DNA of 64,000 nt. Source: Giardia intestinalis. Lineage: Eukaryota. Made by a program: the position numbers and the translations under genes. The notes under the pieces are model-generated. The model worked only from the letters and a program-made list of their open reading frames with translations, did not search any database and had not been told where the DNA came from. Every line of letters starts with the position of its first letter. The first letter of the stretch is position 1. The DNA lies in NCBI GenBank assembly GCA_000002435.2, contig CM018792.1; one strand, written 5' to 3'. Shown here one piece after another: positions 15,001 through 22,103 of the stretch.

Positions 15001-18000
15001 TTAAATGGAGAAATGAGCTCCAGACTATCCCGGATGCTTATGGAGGAGTGATCAGAAAAGCCTTTCCAGTCTTGGCTCAAGGTAGTTGGTTCATCAAATG
15101 TACATGCATGCTCTAAGCATTGATTCAGAAAGTAGGAAGCAAAGTGGTTAGAATTGAAAAGAAGCCGAATGGTGGAGAGAAATGAAAAATGCTGGATACC
15201 GTACAGAAGAAGTGAGACGACTAATAGGCGCAGTGTGGGTATCCATGTCCTATAGTTACATTCTAAGCGACAACACTCAAAGAGTGCGGTATTTTTAAAA
15301 CTATTAATCGTTTCTAATATTTTTGCAGAGATGATATCGGGCGAGTTATCCTTCAGTTTGATCACTGTTCGCACGTCCTTTTGCTTAACATATAGCGTTT
15401 GGAAGTACTTTATTTTGACGGGAAGCTTGATTACGTTCATGTGCATAGCAACATCCCGCAGTGACTGTAGGCCAGTGTTGGAAAGCAAGGTAAGCACTGG
15501 CGCATCGCGGATAGAGTTATCTAGAATAAACTGGCTGGCACGACTGGCGTTGGATATAGCCAATCTCGAGCCAGCTGCTATTGCAGAGACAACGCTAGTG
15601 ATCACAGTCTTCGCTGGAGCTCCATGAATGCTTGAAACGTTCGGTGGCGTATCTCCAACTGAGACGTGTTGATTGAATTGGCATTTAGCGGAGCGTACAG
15701 AGCGTGCAGTATCAATTGAAAAGCTATTTGCTGAAACTTCTCCAGCGGGCAACGGCAGTCCAAGTTGTGCGGTAGATATCTCAGAGGTGGTGTCACAGGC
15801 TGCTTGATCGTGGTCTTCGTGCAAGTTTTGGGCATGCTTAAGCAGTCTATCATCAAACGTGATAATCTGAGACGACTGGGACGGAGACGGTGGTGAAGTA
15901 GATTCTTTGTAAATAGAATCCCTAACCTTAGCAGCTGTTGGAGCAACTGATGAATCGATCATGGAGCCCGCTCCTTCAAGGTTTTCTTCCTGTACAACGG
16001 AAAGCTCCTGTTTGGCAGCTCGTGCTGTAAGTATAGATGGAAGCGATGAGGTTTTCGGTTTCTCCTTAGAACGCTGCGAGATTTGGAGCGTGCTCTGCTG
16101 CTTCAGTGTATATCCTGCCGAAATTTTTTCCCCATCAAGCAAGCTAAGAATAAACTTCATCCCTCTTGTTACGAAGGTATTGCTCTGTGTGTTCTTCTCA
16201 GAAATTAATACGGTGAGGTCATCCATACCTTTGGAAAGTAACTCTTCGTGACGGGGTGTATCAATGTTGGTCGTCAAGCCCTTAGGGGCATCGGCATCGA
16301 TACCATCAGTGGTAAAAATGGATGTTTCAAGGATTACTTGGTGTCTAGGATCATAGTCTTCATTGATTAAAAACTCTGCGGTGCTAGGTTCTATGAGTCT
16401 GTGGGCTGTGCTCTGATGATACGAATATTCCGAGTTGTATTGATCATGTCTGTCATTAAGGCTAGGTGCTGCATGGGCCAACATTGAAATGTTGCTACGC
16501 TCGGCCACATGCATCTTTCGGCTGCACAAAAAGATTGTGTCTATATATGTTAGGAAAAGTGACGGATTAAAAGCCGTCACTGGCTGATGCATTATTCGTG
16601 TGTAGGAGGCAAACATATCCACAATTGAAACGAGAAGTTGACAAGGGCTTTCAACCACTGAAAGAATGTCTCGAAAGCTTGGCTCCTCGATAGCCAAGGT
16701 GATCCCGAGAATCTCGCTCCATTGGGTTATTGCACCAAATATCTTAACAGTCTCCTTAACGAGAACATGTACCTCCGTGAAGATCGCATAGAGGTCATAG
16801 TACGGCGACGTATTACCTGTCTGCTTTTGGTCTGCAGACTGCTTCATTATAAGTGTGTTACCCGAGGCATGACTCATCTTTATCGTTCCCGATCTCGAGT
16901 CCTCGTCTAATTCATATATGCACTTTACCAGGAATCGAAAGAGCGACTCCAAATCGGTAATTAGTGGGTTGCTGCATAGATAGTCGTCTGTCGGCCGAGT
17001 ATAAAGAGTGATCATATGCCTCTGAAATGAACTGTGTCGCGTTATCGCCAAATTGGTGTGGCTTTGTACAAACTTTATGAATGCATAGGCGTCCTCCCCG
17101 TTTTGAGATTTAAAGTACTGTTCGAGTCTATTCAACACAATATTGCTCGTCAGGCGTGGATATTTTTCCTTGAACTCATGCGGTCGAGCCACAGAAGATA
17201 TCAGATCAGACGTTGTGAGCCGTGTTACTTCGTTCGCAAGGCCTATGCACAGTTGGCGCAAGTAGAGAAGATATTCTACACTGAGATAAATGAAATTAGA
17301 AAACGACTGGAGTCTCCGATCGATGTTTCTTTTGCAGGTGTTAATAAGTCGCCTGAAGTTGAGGATTTTTTCTATGAACGAAAGAATAAGATAATTATGC
17401 GCATATCCCCGAAGTTGCAGTTGAGAAAGCCTCATTGAAACAAGAATGGAGACCTTGGGCAGAGTTGCTTGACACTTAACTGCCTTTTCGAAGGGGAGCT
17501 TGGCAGGATCAATCTTGTTGCTTGCAACACGCTTCAGGTAGCGTGTCTTCCTTCGCTCATACTTACTACGATCCTTAGAGATCCTAGTCCAGAGCTGGAT
17601 GTCGAAGGCATGATCAAGCATCTGCTCAAACGTAATACGGTCCTCTGGAATAAATAGTAGATCTTTCTGGAGAAGATACCGGTGCACACTTAGGTCATGA
17701 AGCGAGTCCATGTCAGCAGCAGCGTGCTGATTGGTACGCTCGACTTCCGCTGGACTATCTTCTCTAGCTCCGTCTGTATGTACGGTGATGTCTTCCTTTT
17801 TATCAGCGGACCCTTCAGAATCTGAGTCGTCGCTTTGATGAATCGTCCCCTGTGATTCAGTCTGGACACCTGCCTTTAATTTGGCACTAACACCCAGATA
17901 CTCAAAGAGGCTTTGGACGTCTGTAATAGACGCAGTACTCTCAATGTAGGACAAGAGAGGTAGAAGATCTATGAGCATCTTGATCGCCGGGATCCAGCCA

Positions 18001-21000
18001 CATATGAACTTCTGGGCATCATCTAGGCCAGTGATGACCATATCCAAGTTATCCGGAGTGTCCATGTCGAGGCAGATCCTGTTCTCAAAGAAGGAAATGG
18101 TAGCAAAGGGTGTCTGTAAAACCTCACTGATTGTCTGGCGAACATGTTCACGAACGTGCTCGATTACAGCGATGAGCTTATTTATCAGTTGCTTCTTCAT
18201 TAGGGTGGTGTCATACATAATAAAATTGATATAGAATCGCGGATTGATTGGCAAGATTTCTTTTCTAATGTAATTTAGTATTCTATTAATTACTATAGTA
18301 GCGTTATCAACAATCACGTAAAGAAGGGAAGCCTCACGGTGCCGCTTTCTTATAGAATTCTTCTCTGATGAAGGCTTCCCCAGCCGTGGGAAAGGACAGT
18401 CAGATATGTGCGGCTCTTTGCTGGAACTCTGTTGTTGGGTGGTGGTAGCTAAGGACGCCGTCTCTGACCTGTCTGAGTGCTGTTCCTGTTCGCTATCCTG
18501 TTCTTCAACAGTACCAGGAATTGGAGTGGCAGCACTTGAGGAAGACTCCTTAGTAGGGTCACAAAGACCATATGAATTTAGATACTCGCCTGTAGTGAGT
18601 TGTACACTGAAGAGGGGGTTATTAAAGGTAAGTATTTCATCATGTAATATGTTAGTCATATCTGCCTGCTCTTCAACGACTAACTTGGCAGGACTCTGAT
18701 AAAGGAAGAGGGGTGGAGTAAATATAGACTCCGGTAACGAGTTATCTGTCTCCTGGGTGCTTGCATCATCCAGTAACCTCTTGAGCTGTTCGGCATCTTC
18801 GCTTGCAGTTAGATATCGATGTCGCAGGACATTATGCAATGCAATAGTGTGCAGTTTGTTCCGTTCTAGCTCTCTTGTGATGTTCTCTGAACATAGAAAG
18901 GCAGCTGAATAAATATTAGAAAGCAACTGGTCAAACTGCCGAAAAAACTGGCGATTGTAAGATATTATTAACAAATTTGACTTAGATCCCATTGAACTGG
19001 GCGGGCATCGGTATAGTATTTCCTTCAATGACGTGATATTGTTGAAGTTTTCTTCGAGGAGCTGCGCATAGCTGAGTCGAAGCCTCTTCCGTTCCTCAAA
19101 ATAGGCTAGCTCAAAGTCCGAATAACGTGATGCTATGATATCTTCCAGGTACACCTCTCGCTGAAGACGATCCTGAAATGTCTTGGGCTTAATAATATTG
19201 AAGGAGGTTAGATCTTGTTGTATGAGCTCAAGCTCCTTATGAACCAGTTGTTTGCAGTATCGCTTAAGTGGCGGTAGCTCAGAGTAGCCTTTCACGATGC
19301 TTTTAGATAAGAAAATCAAATTGGTAGTGAGGTGGTACTCGAGATCAGTATTAAGTCGATGTAAGGAGTGCACTAAATTGGTGACGACAGTCCGGATCAT
19401 AGTAACTTGGGCAACGCAATCCACTGTGAATCCAACTACCAGATTAGCCAGCCCATTAAGATCTTCTCTGCGCTGGTAGGGCTTGAACACATCTGGCTTT
19501 CGAAAACATACGAAGTCCAGCTTAACAAGTGGCTTATGAGGCAGTTTAATAGTAGAAACATTCTGAGTCGTTATTGCTGCTTCTATGGAGCTGGTGGATC
19601 GCAATTGATTCATAGATTCTTCGGTTGCATAGGCATACTCTGCACGGCACAACTCCAAGAGGTTCTCCTGAATCATATCTAGGTCTTCAGAGAATGTACG
19701 CTGTAGAAAGAGAACGACCTGATAGTTAAATATCTCGTAGGCAAGAACTGGGTTTTCTTCCAAGCGTCTATTACTCTCTTGTATCTTGTTTAAGTTGAAG
19801 TCCCTAAAGAATAGCGCAGAAATAAGCGGGACAACATCGGTGATGAAGAGTGCAAAGAGCTTGCTGTACAAAAATGCGTACCTTAATGTGTCAGAGTACT
19901 GATCACTATCGAGAGGAAGATCATAGTAGAAATCAGCGTGCGCCGAACCAGTAGACTGCTCAAGAATGCTCTTCACAATACTCTTTTGGGCCTCCTTAAC
20001 AATAGCCACATTGGCATGCTCATCTTTCAATTGTAGGGCAGGCTTACTCTCGTCGTCGTCATCATCAGATATCACATCCAGATTGTGATAAACATGAGGT
20101 GGCTCAAGATGTATTCGCTGAGAAATGTACTTTTCGACATATATATGGGGAGATTTTAGCGTACGGCGTCTCAACATGGGAAGAATTAAGGGATCTAACA
20201 AGAAGTCAACTGTGCGAGGAAAAGCGGAGAACTCCTTTAGCAAGGATTGGGTCTCCGATGATTCACGCTTGATCACCTCATAGATCTGTCGCTTTACAGA
20301 GACGAAGTTATACCCAAGCTCTCTATACCTTAGCTCCAGTTCTGCGAACAACTCATTGTATTGTCGTAAAAGAATCCGTGACGAGGAAAACGCATCTAAT
20401 AGCCCTGCAATAGAGAGATTGATTGGTGCACAAAACCTTGATAGAAGTTGAAGAAACGTGTTTGACAGCTTTATAAACTTTGACGAATACCTGGGAAGAT
20501 CCAATAGAACAGTGTGCTGAGCTATGAATGGCCTTTTGCTGAGAGAAATTGCTGATTTGGAATAGAACGAAAAGGTGGTAGATCCACGTGCCCGTCGACT
20601 AACCATCGAGTGGAAGATCCGCCTGGTCTCACGAGAGTACAGAATAATACCATACCGTAAACAATCATTGTAGAGCGCATGCAACTCTACACTAATAGAA
20701 GTTGAGTCTGCACATGGGAGGTTTGGTGGTGTGCTATTTGCAAAATAAGAGCTGGTAGTATTGGTACCATTGTTCTGGTCTTCACCGTCTGGTAACAAAT
20801 CGCTTAATCCCTTCAAAATCAACGCAATCTTTTGAAGATCACAGGATTTGCGAGGTGCAAGCACACGCGTTTCTTCATTGACATCGTCAATTGTGCAGAG
20901 ACGCATCAGCGTATAGCTCACTGCTTGAGAATAGAAAACAGAGTAGTCAGAGATAATGCCCTCTAGCGCAGCTGGTAACACAGGACACAATAAAAGAAGT

Positions 21001-21965
21001 AGGCCATGTGCCTCTGTGCTATAAAGATCACCAGTAAGAAGAAGGGACTTCTGCTCAGTAGTGAGTTGGGACGATAGAGGGGTAGAGAGAAGTGAACGAA
21101 GGACTGCCCTATTGTCTCTAAGAAAGAGCCAAATTGTTTTTGGGTTAATCAGTAGGGAGGTCGATCGTTCAACATCTTTTTTAGCTCGTTCGAAGTCAGC
21201 TAATGATGGCGAAAGATCCAAGCTAAAGTGCTGACTCTGCACCTGAAGTTGCGATTTGACGTAGTCATTAGAAAATAAGTGAAGGTTGAAGAGGAGGCAT
21301 ACCGAATTAATAACCAAGCGCCGTATGTGTGTATGTAACGTATGCTCCAGATATGTGACCCGCTTGTCCTCGTTGACAAAGCGATCAGAGGAGGAACGGT
21401 TTCTAAGAGTTAGTAAGGTATCTGCAGTGGTAATAACAAGAAAGTTATCAATCAGGTAGCGAGCAGATTGTTCGTATGAGGAGTATATCCCATTATTATA
21501 GAGATTGTAAGAGAAGCGTGCGTCCTTATCATCCTGGAGGCTACCGTAGCAGTCTAAATGTATAAGTTGCAGATTAACCTCATGGAATGACCTGGTGCAC
21601 GCATCCCAATCTGTAGAATCTCTGCCAGTGGACAAGGCTACCAAAGCATAGTTCCTTGCAACATCTATTGCTAGGAGGCGGATGGGAACAAGGGTGAATT
21701 GATTATATTCATAAAATGCAGGATGGCCACGAAGAGCTGGATTGTCAATTGAAGATTGAACAACACGAATTGTAATAGTAGTAAGACTGAGGGTAGGTGC
21801 GCTCTCCTGGAGCTCTGCATAAGACCGAGTAATATTCTTTAATGAAAGAGATGGAGATGCAGGGGAGGTTTGTGTTGGAGACGCGCGATGAAGGGTCGAA
21901 GGCTCCCGCTGGCCTATATGCAATAACTTGCAAAAGACTATGGGAATTCGAAAGCTGACACTCAT
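1..21965 (-). CDS. Giant protein, 3'-partial (at least 7,321 codons inside the window); highly divergent dynein-heavy-chain-like AAA+ protein
   Basis: Absent from the supplied track because it has no stop codon in the window. The ATG is at 21965..21963, with an in-frame TAG 23 codons upstream (22035..22037). Every minus-strand track ORF between 248 and 21,933 lies in one of the other two registers. A manual reverse translation from 21965 to position 3 met no stop. Spot checks of plus-strand triplets starting at coordinates divisible by 3 (lines 1-300, 10021, 15001, 18001, 21001) found no TTA/CTA/TCA. The translation looks protein-like throughout, with acidic/Ser-rich patches near 20,050, 6,500, 5,580 and 1,650. 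Confidence 0.8.
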   Translation of the reverse strand, partial: MSVSFRIPIVFCKLLHIGQREPSTLHRASPTQTSPASPSLSLKNITRSYAELQESAPTLSLTTITIRVVQSSIDNPALRGHPAFYEYNQFTLVPIRLLAIDVARNYALVALSTGRDSTDWDACTRSFHEVNLQLIHLDCYGSLQDDKDARFSYNLYNNGIYSSYEQSARYLIDNFLVITTADTLLTLRNRSSSDRFVNEDKRVTYLEHTLHTHIRRLVINSVCLLFNLHLFSNDYVKSQLQVQSQHFSLDLSPSLADFERAKKDVERSTSLLINPKTIWLFLRDNRAVLRSLLSTPLSSQLTTEQKSLLLTGDLYSTEAHGLLLLLCPVLPAALEGIISDYSVFYSQAVSYTLMRLCTIDDVNEETRVLAPRKSCDLQKIALILKGLSDLLPDGEDQNNGTNTTSSYFANSTPPNLPCADSTSISVELHALYNDCLRYGIILYSRETRRIFHSMVSRRARGSTTFSFYSKSAISLSKRPFIAQHTVLLDLPRYSSKFIKLSNTFLQLLSRFCAPINLSIAGLLDAFSSSRILLRQYNELFAELELRYRELGYNFVSVKRQIYEVIKRESSETQSLLKEFSAFPRTVDFLLDPLILPMLRRRTLKSPHIYVEKYISQRIHLEPPHVYHNLDVISDDDDDESKPALQLKDEHANVAIVKEAQKSIVKSILEQSTGSAHADFYYDLPLDSDQYSDTLRYAFLYSKLFALFITDVVPLISALFFRDFNLNKIQESNRRLEENPVLAYEIFNYQVVLFLQRTFSEDLDMIQENLLELCRAEYAYATEESMNQLRSTSSIEAAITTQNVSTIKLPHKPLVKLDFVCFRKPDVFKPYQRREDLNGLANLVVGFTVDCVAQVTMIRTVVTNLVHSLHRLNTDLEYHLTTNLIFLSKSIVKGYSELPPLKRYCKQLVHKELELIQQDLTSFNIIKPKTFQDRLQREVYLEDIIASRYSDFELAYFEERKRLRLSYAQLLEENFNNITSLKEILYRCPPSSMGSKSNLLIISYNRQFFRQFDQLLSNIYSAAFLCSENITRELERNKLHTIALHNVLRHRYLTASEDAEQLKRLLDDASTQETDNSLPESIFTPPLFLYQSPAKLVVEEQADMTNILHDEILTFNNPLFSVQLTTGEYLNSYGLCDPTKESSSSAATPIPGTVEEQDSEQEQHSDRSETASLATTTQQQSSSKEPHISDCPFPRLGKPSSEKNSIRKRHREASLLYVIVDNATIVINRILNYIRKEILPINPRFYINFIMYDTTLMKKQLINKLIAVIEHVREHVRQTISEVLQTPFATISFFENRICLDMDTPDNLDMVITGLDDAQKFICGWIPAIKMLIDLLPLLSYIESTASITDVQSLFEYLGVSAKLKAGVQTESQGTIHQSDDSDSEGSADKKEDITVHTDGAREDSPAEVERTNQHAAADMDSLHDLSVHRYLLQKDLLFIPEDRITFEQMLDHAFDIQLWTRISKDRSKYERRKTRYLKRVASNKIDPAKLPFEKAVKCQATLPKVSILVSMRLSQLQLRGYAHNYLILSFIEKILNFRRLINTCKRNIDRRLQSFSNFIYLSVEYLLYLRQLCIGLANEVTRLTTSDLISSVARPHEFKEKYPRLTSNIVLNRLEQYFKSQNGEDAYAFIKFVQSHTNLAITRHSSFQRHMITLYTRPTDDYLCSNPLITDLESLFRFLVKCIYELDEDSRSGTIKMSHASGNTLIMKQSADQKQTGNTSPYYDLYAIFTEVHVLVKETVKIFGAITQWSEILGITLAIEEPSFRDILSVVESPCQLLVSIVDMFASYTRIMHQPVTAFNPSLFLTYIDTIFLCSRKMHVAERSNISMLAHAAPSLNDRHDQYNSEYSYHQSTAHRLIEPSTAEFLINEDYDPRHQVILETSIFTTDGIDADAPKGLTTNIDTPRHEELLSKGMDDLTVLISEKNTQSNTFVTRGMKFILSLLDGEKISAGYTLKQQSTLQISQRSKEKPKTSSLPSILTARAAKQELSVVQEENLEGAGSMIDSSVAPTAAKVRDSIYKESTSPPSPSQSSQIITFDDRLLKHAQNLHEDHDQAACDTTSEISTAQLGLPLPAGEVSANSFSIDTARSVRSAKCQFNQHVSVGDTPPNVSSIHGAPAKTVITSVVSAIAAGSRLAISNASRASQFILDNSIRDAPVLTLLSNTGLQSLRDVAMHMNVIKLPVKIKYFQTLYVKQKDVRTVIKLKDNSPDIISAKILETINSFKNTALFECCRLECNYRTWIPTLRLLVVSLLLYGIQHFSFLSTIRLLFNSNHFASYFLNQCLEHACTFDEPTTLSQDWKGFSDHSSISIRDSLELISPFNHQLASQINKQYLLNYSAENRLLEIYYWLHNIDIFITYYTINLHLNDEIARVLGDLDFTFGEHNADAAEAIKTEISDSNSLVPVVQKSGILLPRRTVGVTEVIEDATAPGSETKSDLAEAFKDQHRHCTDSSDEDAFDLFETPFGRIAGCTNRKTTLPLLKPRIKALTIIAPQPSIASRDDDASLSHQPGNSTLSSQTPIKETNDTTKQARAKSILISRDQRHVQSKVLLGNQRTRAPLIRKRRSYDGPARITLPFFNTHPYLLKALREGIFIVTAILADKGVIPKVAKMARIIEDKLIFCRNFVIAIGNVRKLLPELIALTNAIYDGIADLTLLKLSPNDVKKVTIEILSCLKHICIFAKSKHEVVWKLNSMGQQNVHEHESVYTLPFISFLDNLNLLDRRRCGTRLSVPKFYTDESPNPNCFQFMNLFARDILAKVQSFMTNVLAAEELLSRCRRNLSSHPVVTTIYANQQYRICAPYARLPLSFAVLYSQLTTVPLTGVLTDALFNSVFSPLIVDTDESSVEDGFEDEPPRDMTDVKHGPQLSYSLLSNLIDSTGNFFGIFKGHENIFYQTIIKANARVKDCYLFTEGSLHSQHIVHNYRKAALLFLNERYREALLFCTYQAIVYALSCIVYLYCDGRSESFIYCYENVICSMIRILEEETYDLIRGTGKLRAQGSFQVGSTFSATSSRILMLKALYARLLEHKETLDIMALTVVQHVIARNILPPERIPSLTDQFDARLCWDILLLYGRNRGLVLSGLEHGVSLSIATNRQTSALVYSLASDTLLGNGANRRVDLPMLDLTYTAEEKTLIKNAKARLQARTESVSLLTSNSDAPEGTEPRDTKGNDNVAFDDFAALTMELFRTPESLSKLNQATVSTANLDDKMAYATPVSSIALNCDTNITDFRMPTAPLSETLVNIVLSGQLISISSSYFNPANEYDSMYISHTMRLKAARLISALRSKSVALLLTDWARGYFALEVYYLAHLVARYLSSHVLFIPITDASFLPQYNRLRELLISRYLVILYGVDTLTKEHLEMLSTTFATTTLSYGFEDFSSYSISSETRLEFNPYSRSSRSYSSQGWIPIDSDIDHSFCRLIIWLAGAMPQECSVTTTMTSSPSSHSQRSSSGPHIVDEHYIYQVHPHAERVTQKFRKAYMMYLPFIPYISTLQSTHEFRTTQLVCASASLVDQTTFTKNFSAYKSIVLEVYMEHVESLKHQIVVRADKNLGDSCCTISPFQRLFRSLPGLYQDSFYHLHVFLSNLSNDFPKLLGLDFMLIQHRLAPDANRTAACTQTFVYLVSCMYLATEESFCLVDDINSDLLQSDGATHEEVKSEAPHAAINLQHKLSILISCLISVFGLSPANATTFEHSGSRVTSDSMAYMIRRSSSPKYLESLHGLQRSAGILSEFGAYMATVMMDLLAAKEPFAILTTSMAQQFFEYVHAILSRASALTFLLAYSSADIHFYADLLSAFPNRYALAIVLDQHSDLLLYQNILGMLAARQTIYSENNKTYTFKAPVHVIIVARARDARILQLSIRKFSLSRNLHLSDIGFYFMSFGNLSQLNISHLISIQAPTLASISSYDKLMQYIYANFDADYHIYTSSFLTRTKLGLYISYFNFLVFNFVMFISTEIGAHLTLTLRHWRIIKALIHLFFRYYGILDVQTGNDSHRPTLSTEEELSTDTMNLYHELSIRSYTDAKNPISFKQQKDLREASTKPLEFNINDALGSHFSYFSEPISLAHSFADLRGESLQSNPGAHNLNHRSVSFETAYSTMLNQTSAQFTQSFISRLLLTSNSRHIADILHYSVISTVFSAFMLLYRMEYINGGLLFNSLSYYRLYASLLSYIPTFSLTLESEFFEQHVFYRKDGFRLSKWMHLFCDNAIMSLQDLYVSQTYFFTNAETYPTFSALFAKRHAESLNPKVAHSTGSSTGSSTLSRGPNYCETYANVSDMGAAARGEASVEAFSVPDDQFAAKPEKTVSDSNFKSMWGGSTYSFIAITSYLSDRLLLTIAKKLGLTAEIIYELEQVSLPQYRKKCMESLSKRADQLRISRLKETQSTIPTGMSASSVNKIKNNSQAQRLDISRPVNNTSLLPEKAELNADCTDFSAVLRKVASSTSTGQSLQRVSTRVLTSLECQSLPTKGSRISSAPHQLEGDNLASAGTPKTTSRARLGRLKHLQLDSVPEKTGSQDDKYVVSFIRRYMPILEVPYRVGEEIFVSTSLLTMQNSYADTSNSLQLVITNDMSAYAVYYAGCMLSGESFVILGDSFSGKTTILQIAASLIGSDRVSLQTFYVGNSTIKTIADLQVQILRKSYLLRPEISRAGNLYTAQSVNGKFNILHISGLTHANLLEFLSLPLLEHVIYVDISQRDVSKAIGGFCGRIFLRDSVVIYEVSSSCTERTARRLMDMSVYVSTFSATSKPTFFHSLVYRNFVYDHLIQDAYCSMEKSVANYHAIHYDVDDPLTALLPVSPRFHYPKVFQPITARVFAARGIKRFPKLSAESIAGNIDALQSDHRPQLTKYAPMSIVIRTLVKSFAEGLLLIRPLLPISLLELLCSMKQNVYFDDTDVRNVFGYPPSSFLENLHMLVPSANSLFSALLRHGSVPISVSTRVYSELVSAFSVGTLSSTSVFSVLTPEYAEAFKRMYPFLIPFSYSDNGRADTISIMLHFSWETCLKTVIDPDGPSHSALSMPVSSRDSKVSTPNSRHAPVLIFNGDYFTRHRFELQRRIPVSARKDFRYNKILNIDKAYSVDVLKFTGDLIDELSVDDGPKHEPLLPTAVSAAEKPRERAESKKNAALTMLSKMSKFQDIHLTSMLTRAGLDFFDSDSSSDDSSSMTLESTDRSEHRPDLLERRGELTSAANTAIRATYSDYAQGFLRNDNVSTARDRSEQEQEQSHDLDLTQHQLVQDFEDKRPSTTIVRLLVKYRDIREVTHLSSHVAIILIRAYLITEIMWHRNCIKIYEYLSTLRFGPANGMTQFNQFSRVYNPPKILISYLQLSNLHNYVEDTHHMLQFIALLGNFKLVNSLDFMGFITGLYYSPHDGTVRIPKDGQRGSMAPTSTKSKPKQPKDCSVSLLNIHQGMYTNFAIHLLFTRYHRYLINSYQLITLVGILAIEAEIGDVELSIRKSLKPIKSSYYSDSSDEDDFIAQTNPRILRTLKKKSVFTPDSRPFLRAEKPVMTYSGKLSKSDPYYYIFREVNKYCVEREPVNGFSLPLTGLRLDFLVDLVGVYKTSKDVSVLTYYIVRAYLLMALGFSPSLGLKDLSLLRINEFYNTETSSGMGVWNSIDSSLVKKHLGRASIRDFFLPEPVDILLVLHSNLLVGKLDILSSIASLPHTLTAVFLEEELRFISLLVSCYYELDFLLCDQELMWLLSRNFSILVLNDTVSISLDILKCLTILPSIGDQAIQKYVVNGTCLSGTDSFTSVSFTTNYFHNLEKSLNIMFSSVAEPLLRCFSVTSKKTLYLPESNSVLPPDIFGEFRGTLILACTIGYAICLQYLQTSTLNYTLTFSAYTEHVWRFCYLRMGMYSGFAITLYTLANNLRSEALKSKFQRVCLGATATDEAHMQSRPGMQGPSKTNILAAVPEGTCNTNSLLPLMLESKQHAKAPLISPEAADDSITPRGILGRFSSKLTSISHRSRSSTKFNDIVLATQSEDILTIINEIMDDFAAIVRRVIVDSVIAVSSLVFKHQLLPTLQHSNALEVLIMNAAIDADLVKSITTSEYSTQANRYLAHIEGGAVEYKGFQNKGQKPAEVSNRSFMNHFVTEMDSAGIERSLMLALDTFQINLPLLLRYADLALEMRFGMSQDLLNGRISIEYSRYLLFRKSTVHSFLCHTLFSRGQEKIPVLPCSLFLPVLYMAETLRHIEETKNLQHPASADQIKRAYSFEFIDCSMQHDEFISRLRLALSCSGAADHPLCLYNMFAPSCTDNNRSLARLLRSLLTLVNSPLPQPDEFGDTKPFHASLSIDDAVQATLAYHPRMRRMYLSLADPYESLYLLEFNHRLHILHSPVATLQYYVGSETSTSEGTPQSNFPAIGLSAIEKLQRHRQTVLYDYIIEELTIIFTYEAIHLNLPIIRISQFLLRKNKIVGVLSEFNRYLEGLSAPQNPVTLTDVELFLAYIKHIHAELQKLTDFTIIPLSIKQGIRTRARTLLSVYELLWKLSERFEALSVAFTDTFFFSLVTSVIVDLQGVDHSALHHRRLLPKHTSERRMTELLPTIVHHLLSKISAIVPQAYMKSLLGMISCLESISGQCNVQKHMLLFSSIVTDQSLSKPVGFLDNGRAMDSFLPNTADSLAIERWNKLCSLVFIAPDLAKEWVAFFSTQKTQYLTYVRGSSFFRKVLGHYAYVERSSKHSNRLSAETFLAPHALLKSAVHEYNIVELFGGFTSETGIVPAWSSTSNKAVYGSGTVPVKEPIANTHPGDYNSYKVTDKKTINSDDDTSSEGSVASLTDEDYDAMFDYDYADSENMHPSLQAKTATKARKHISMSRRSMTAMLKRAETAGFSVKTTHQDKGKSANFENSMQLHNNTDSVYERLIPDELIMELKDDMTLGNFPISIQSPSANGVWIAFLLSICLNPTHLQEDLNLLMKVSKLTNSASFSLVDVFSSDRDDELLSKFLQCPLKSLTGSISKFIAAFYRSQLWSQDFPPSEKLSYGMFFSDNGQPLSHASKQSLLEEMCPMCASKTVAIFFDSTLDILTLISFAFEYLVDQLLLTAPVVYKTKPTHADLLSYLVVVLSDGNKSVEWLVQLFISKPVRPKHGLIILIPTSYSAPALSRVLIGHLCAAFAPELVVFNAPIGKIEKIHHYFTLFRIQQIHFATRHSTDKALALEAGTLKLPIISSRTLLGLLIFFVTQSPPPDCPHIRISDTYTTLDSAAALLFQAVIESEHMQALVNTLRTRLRVHPAIIEKIQNLYAAIWATISAIRRYDPERASYHPLNRRLTELYNQLLVSYARVFHKLDHVSVYEKIYTSPGSLLHSRFLKHCIFSLCHELQDKVTLAH
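8184..8288 (-). other. Dynein AAA1-type signature inside the giant ORF: LVIT (8277..8288), 23 residues, then Walker A GDSFSGKT (8184..8207)
   Basis: The careful reverse complement of 8101-8340 translates as SLLTMQNSYADTSNSLQLVITNDMSAYAVYYAGCMLSGESFVILGDSFSGKTTILQIAASLIGSDRVSLQTFYVGNSTI. As I remember it, the canonical dynein heavy chain AAA1 reads RLVITPLTDRCYxTLxxALxLxLGGAPxGPAGTGKTETxKDLAKALG. That places LVIT and GxxxxGKT exactly 23 residues apart, as here. Confidence 0.6.
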
Positions 21966-22103
21966 TAGGAAAACTTTACGCCCTGAGTGACTGAAATATA
22001 TGCTCAAACAGGATAGGGACAGGACACGAGCTGACTAGTCCAGGACGCGATGCAAAGGTCTTAAAAAAATCTCCGCTTCAGGTAGCTCGACTTGTGTACG
22101 TCC
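21966..22103. promoter_or_regulatory. 138 bp divergent intergenic region shared by the giant gene (-) and the 234 aa gene (+)
   Basis: This is the only sequence between two divergently oriented ATGs (21965 on the minus strand, 22104 on the plus strand). It contains an A-run (aaaaaaatct, about 22063-22072). Giardia-type promoters are short and lie immediately upstream of the ATG. Confidence 0.4.

Noticed and set aside
1423-19682. Numerous 60-147 aa plus-strand ORFs (for example 6400..6843, 17034..17438, 3130..3504) and five off-frame minus-strand ORFs.
   Set aside because: All overlap the continuous 21,965 nt minus-strand ORF. Many begin at non-ATG codons. None shows domain-like sequence.
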